A stretch of 64,000 nucleotides of DNA from the NCBI GenBank assembly GCA_964247055.1, contig OZ176058.1:4774001-4838000 (forward strand), written 5' to 3'. Shown here piece by piece: positions 62,568-64,000 of the stretch. A program made the translations under genes and the position numbers. The DNA is from Paragordius varius. Taxonomy: Eukaryota > Animalia > Nematomorpha. The notes beneath the pieces are model-generated. The model was given only the letters and a program-made list of their open reading frames with translations, made no database searches and was not told the DNA's origin. Numbering within the stretch: position 1 is the stretch's first letter; each line of letters begins with the position of its first letter.

Positions 62568-64000
62568 TATATTATTCCTATTCGTATTTATTAATTGATT
62601 GATTGATGTTATACAGTAAAGAAGAAATAAATACAAAACTTGAAATTTGATATCTAGTTTATTCATGTTTTGTATATCGAAAACTACATCATTTTTTTGA
62701 ATTCATTATGATATTCAATTAATTGAATGTAGTCTTGTATTACAGTAAAATTGAAATTACATGGACAAAACGTGAGAATATGACAAATATTATTATCTAA
62801 AAGGCATCCATACTTTTTAATAAATGTTTCCCCTATAAGCTACTTAGTTACAATTTTAAAATATAGAATTGATTGTGTTAGTATTATGTATCTTTATTTC
62901 ACACTCTGCCGTTTAAAACAATGAATTATATCGATATAAATCTTAAAAAGTATGGTTGTCTTTTAAAAAAATATTTTTCTTGATATTTTTACGTTTTGTC
63001 CGTATAATTTTATTTTTTACAGTAATATTTAAAATTATAAAGACAGAACATAGAAAGTTGAAACTAATTTGGTTTATCTTTTGCTCAATATAAAGCAGAC
63101 GATATTGTTTTTATAATGTTTTCGATTCTACATAAACTTTTAAATAATATGATCTGTTAAATTACAATAAAAAACAAAATTAGAAACTCAAATTTTACTT
63201 GGTTGAACAAGGAAAATTGAAATAAAAACTGTTATATAATAGAGCGTCTTATGTAAACATTTATTCATCTCGCTAGCTTTTTTAATTTTACTTTTCTGTA
63301 CGTGGCATTATTACAGTAGCATATGTCATAATACATTATTAGTCCGTAATAAAATAAAAAATTGTTTTTTTTAAAAAAACAAGCCTAGTTGTATATACAC
63401 ATATCCATAATAGCCCCTTGTTTTTTTATTCTTTTATGGACTAATATTGTTTTATAGCCATACGCTACTGTATTATGAAATTATAAATTTCTCATTTATT
63501 TATAATTTTTTGTAATGTTATTCACATTAAAATAATGAAAAATAACACTTGTTTCTTAAATATAATTGATCGTTTTAATTGGTATTAAATTGAAATGTAA
63601 ATTAAACAATCAATTATATATCTTGTAAATTAATTAATTGATATTTGGAAAAAATTACATAAGGTTGTCTTTTGAAAGAAATATATTTCGAATTTTTATT
63701 TATATGTATATTTTTATTACAATTTTCGTGAATTTAAGGTGTAAAGTCCGACTTTTACAAACACTTCATATCCTTTATTACAGTAAAAATTGAAATTATA
63801 CTATGGACAAAACGTAAAAAAATAGATACAATTTTTTTTTCAAAAGACAACCACCATACTTTTTTAACTGCCTTAATTTATCCTATAAAAATATTTATTT
63901 AATTATAATTGTAAAATACATAATTGATTCTGTGTTATCAATTATTACTCTAAATTATACTTTGCAGTTTAAAACAATGAGTTATATTTTAAAAATAAAC

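Larger units (their letters stand above)
46730..64000. repeat. Right arm of the inverted duplication (continues past the window end); its proximal part, 46730-47130, is re-inverted
   Basis: Same anchors as the left arm; 46735-47110 matches 41430-41800 in direct orientation. Confidence 0.93.

Noticed and set aside
1-64000. Alternative (ciliate-type) genetic code suggested by tiny introns and AT richness
   Set aside because: All reconstructed genes are open in the standard code and terminate at TAA, TGA or TAG at homologous C-termini.

Overview
Very AT-rich eukaryotic, metazoan-like DNA read in the standard genetic code. The ORF track misses almost all real genes because they are split into short exons. 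Manual splicing recovers: (1) RNF121 exons 1-3 (minus); (2) a complete CFDP1/BCNT gene (plus); (3) a putative two-exon secreted, basic orphan gene (minus); (4) a complete 9-exon syntaxin-16 gene (minus, 30304-44899); (5) a second intact set of STX16 exons 4-9 (plus) in the right arm of an inverted duplication of >=15 kb per arm (about 26.9-41.8 kb mirrored by 46.7-64 kb); (6) a weak candidate small gene between the arms. Mobile DNA includes two divergent RTE-clade LINEs with a PHD finger inside the RT, an intact IS630/Tc1-like DD30E transposon whose transposase has four 22-26 nt introns, and several TA- and TTAA-targeting MITE families. Intron sizes are bimodal: 22-26 nt versus 0.3-5 kb. Several long introns are filled with tandem copies of their own exon-intron junction. 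These donor-side arrays occur after 5 of 6 donors that read AG|GT and after none of 7 other donors, which suggests (hypothesis) that recursive splicing tolerates this intron inflation. An AT-rich animal parasite lineage such as Myxozoa or Dicyemida would fit, but the taxon is an inference.
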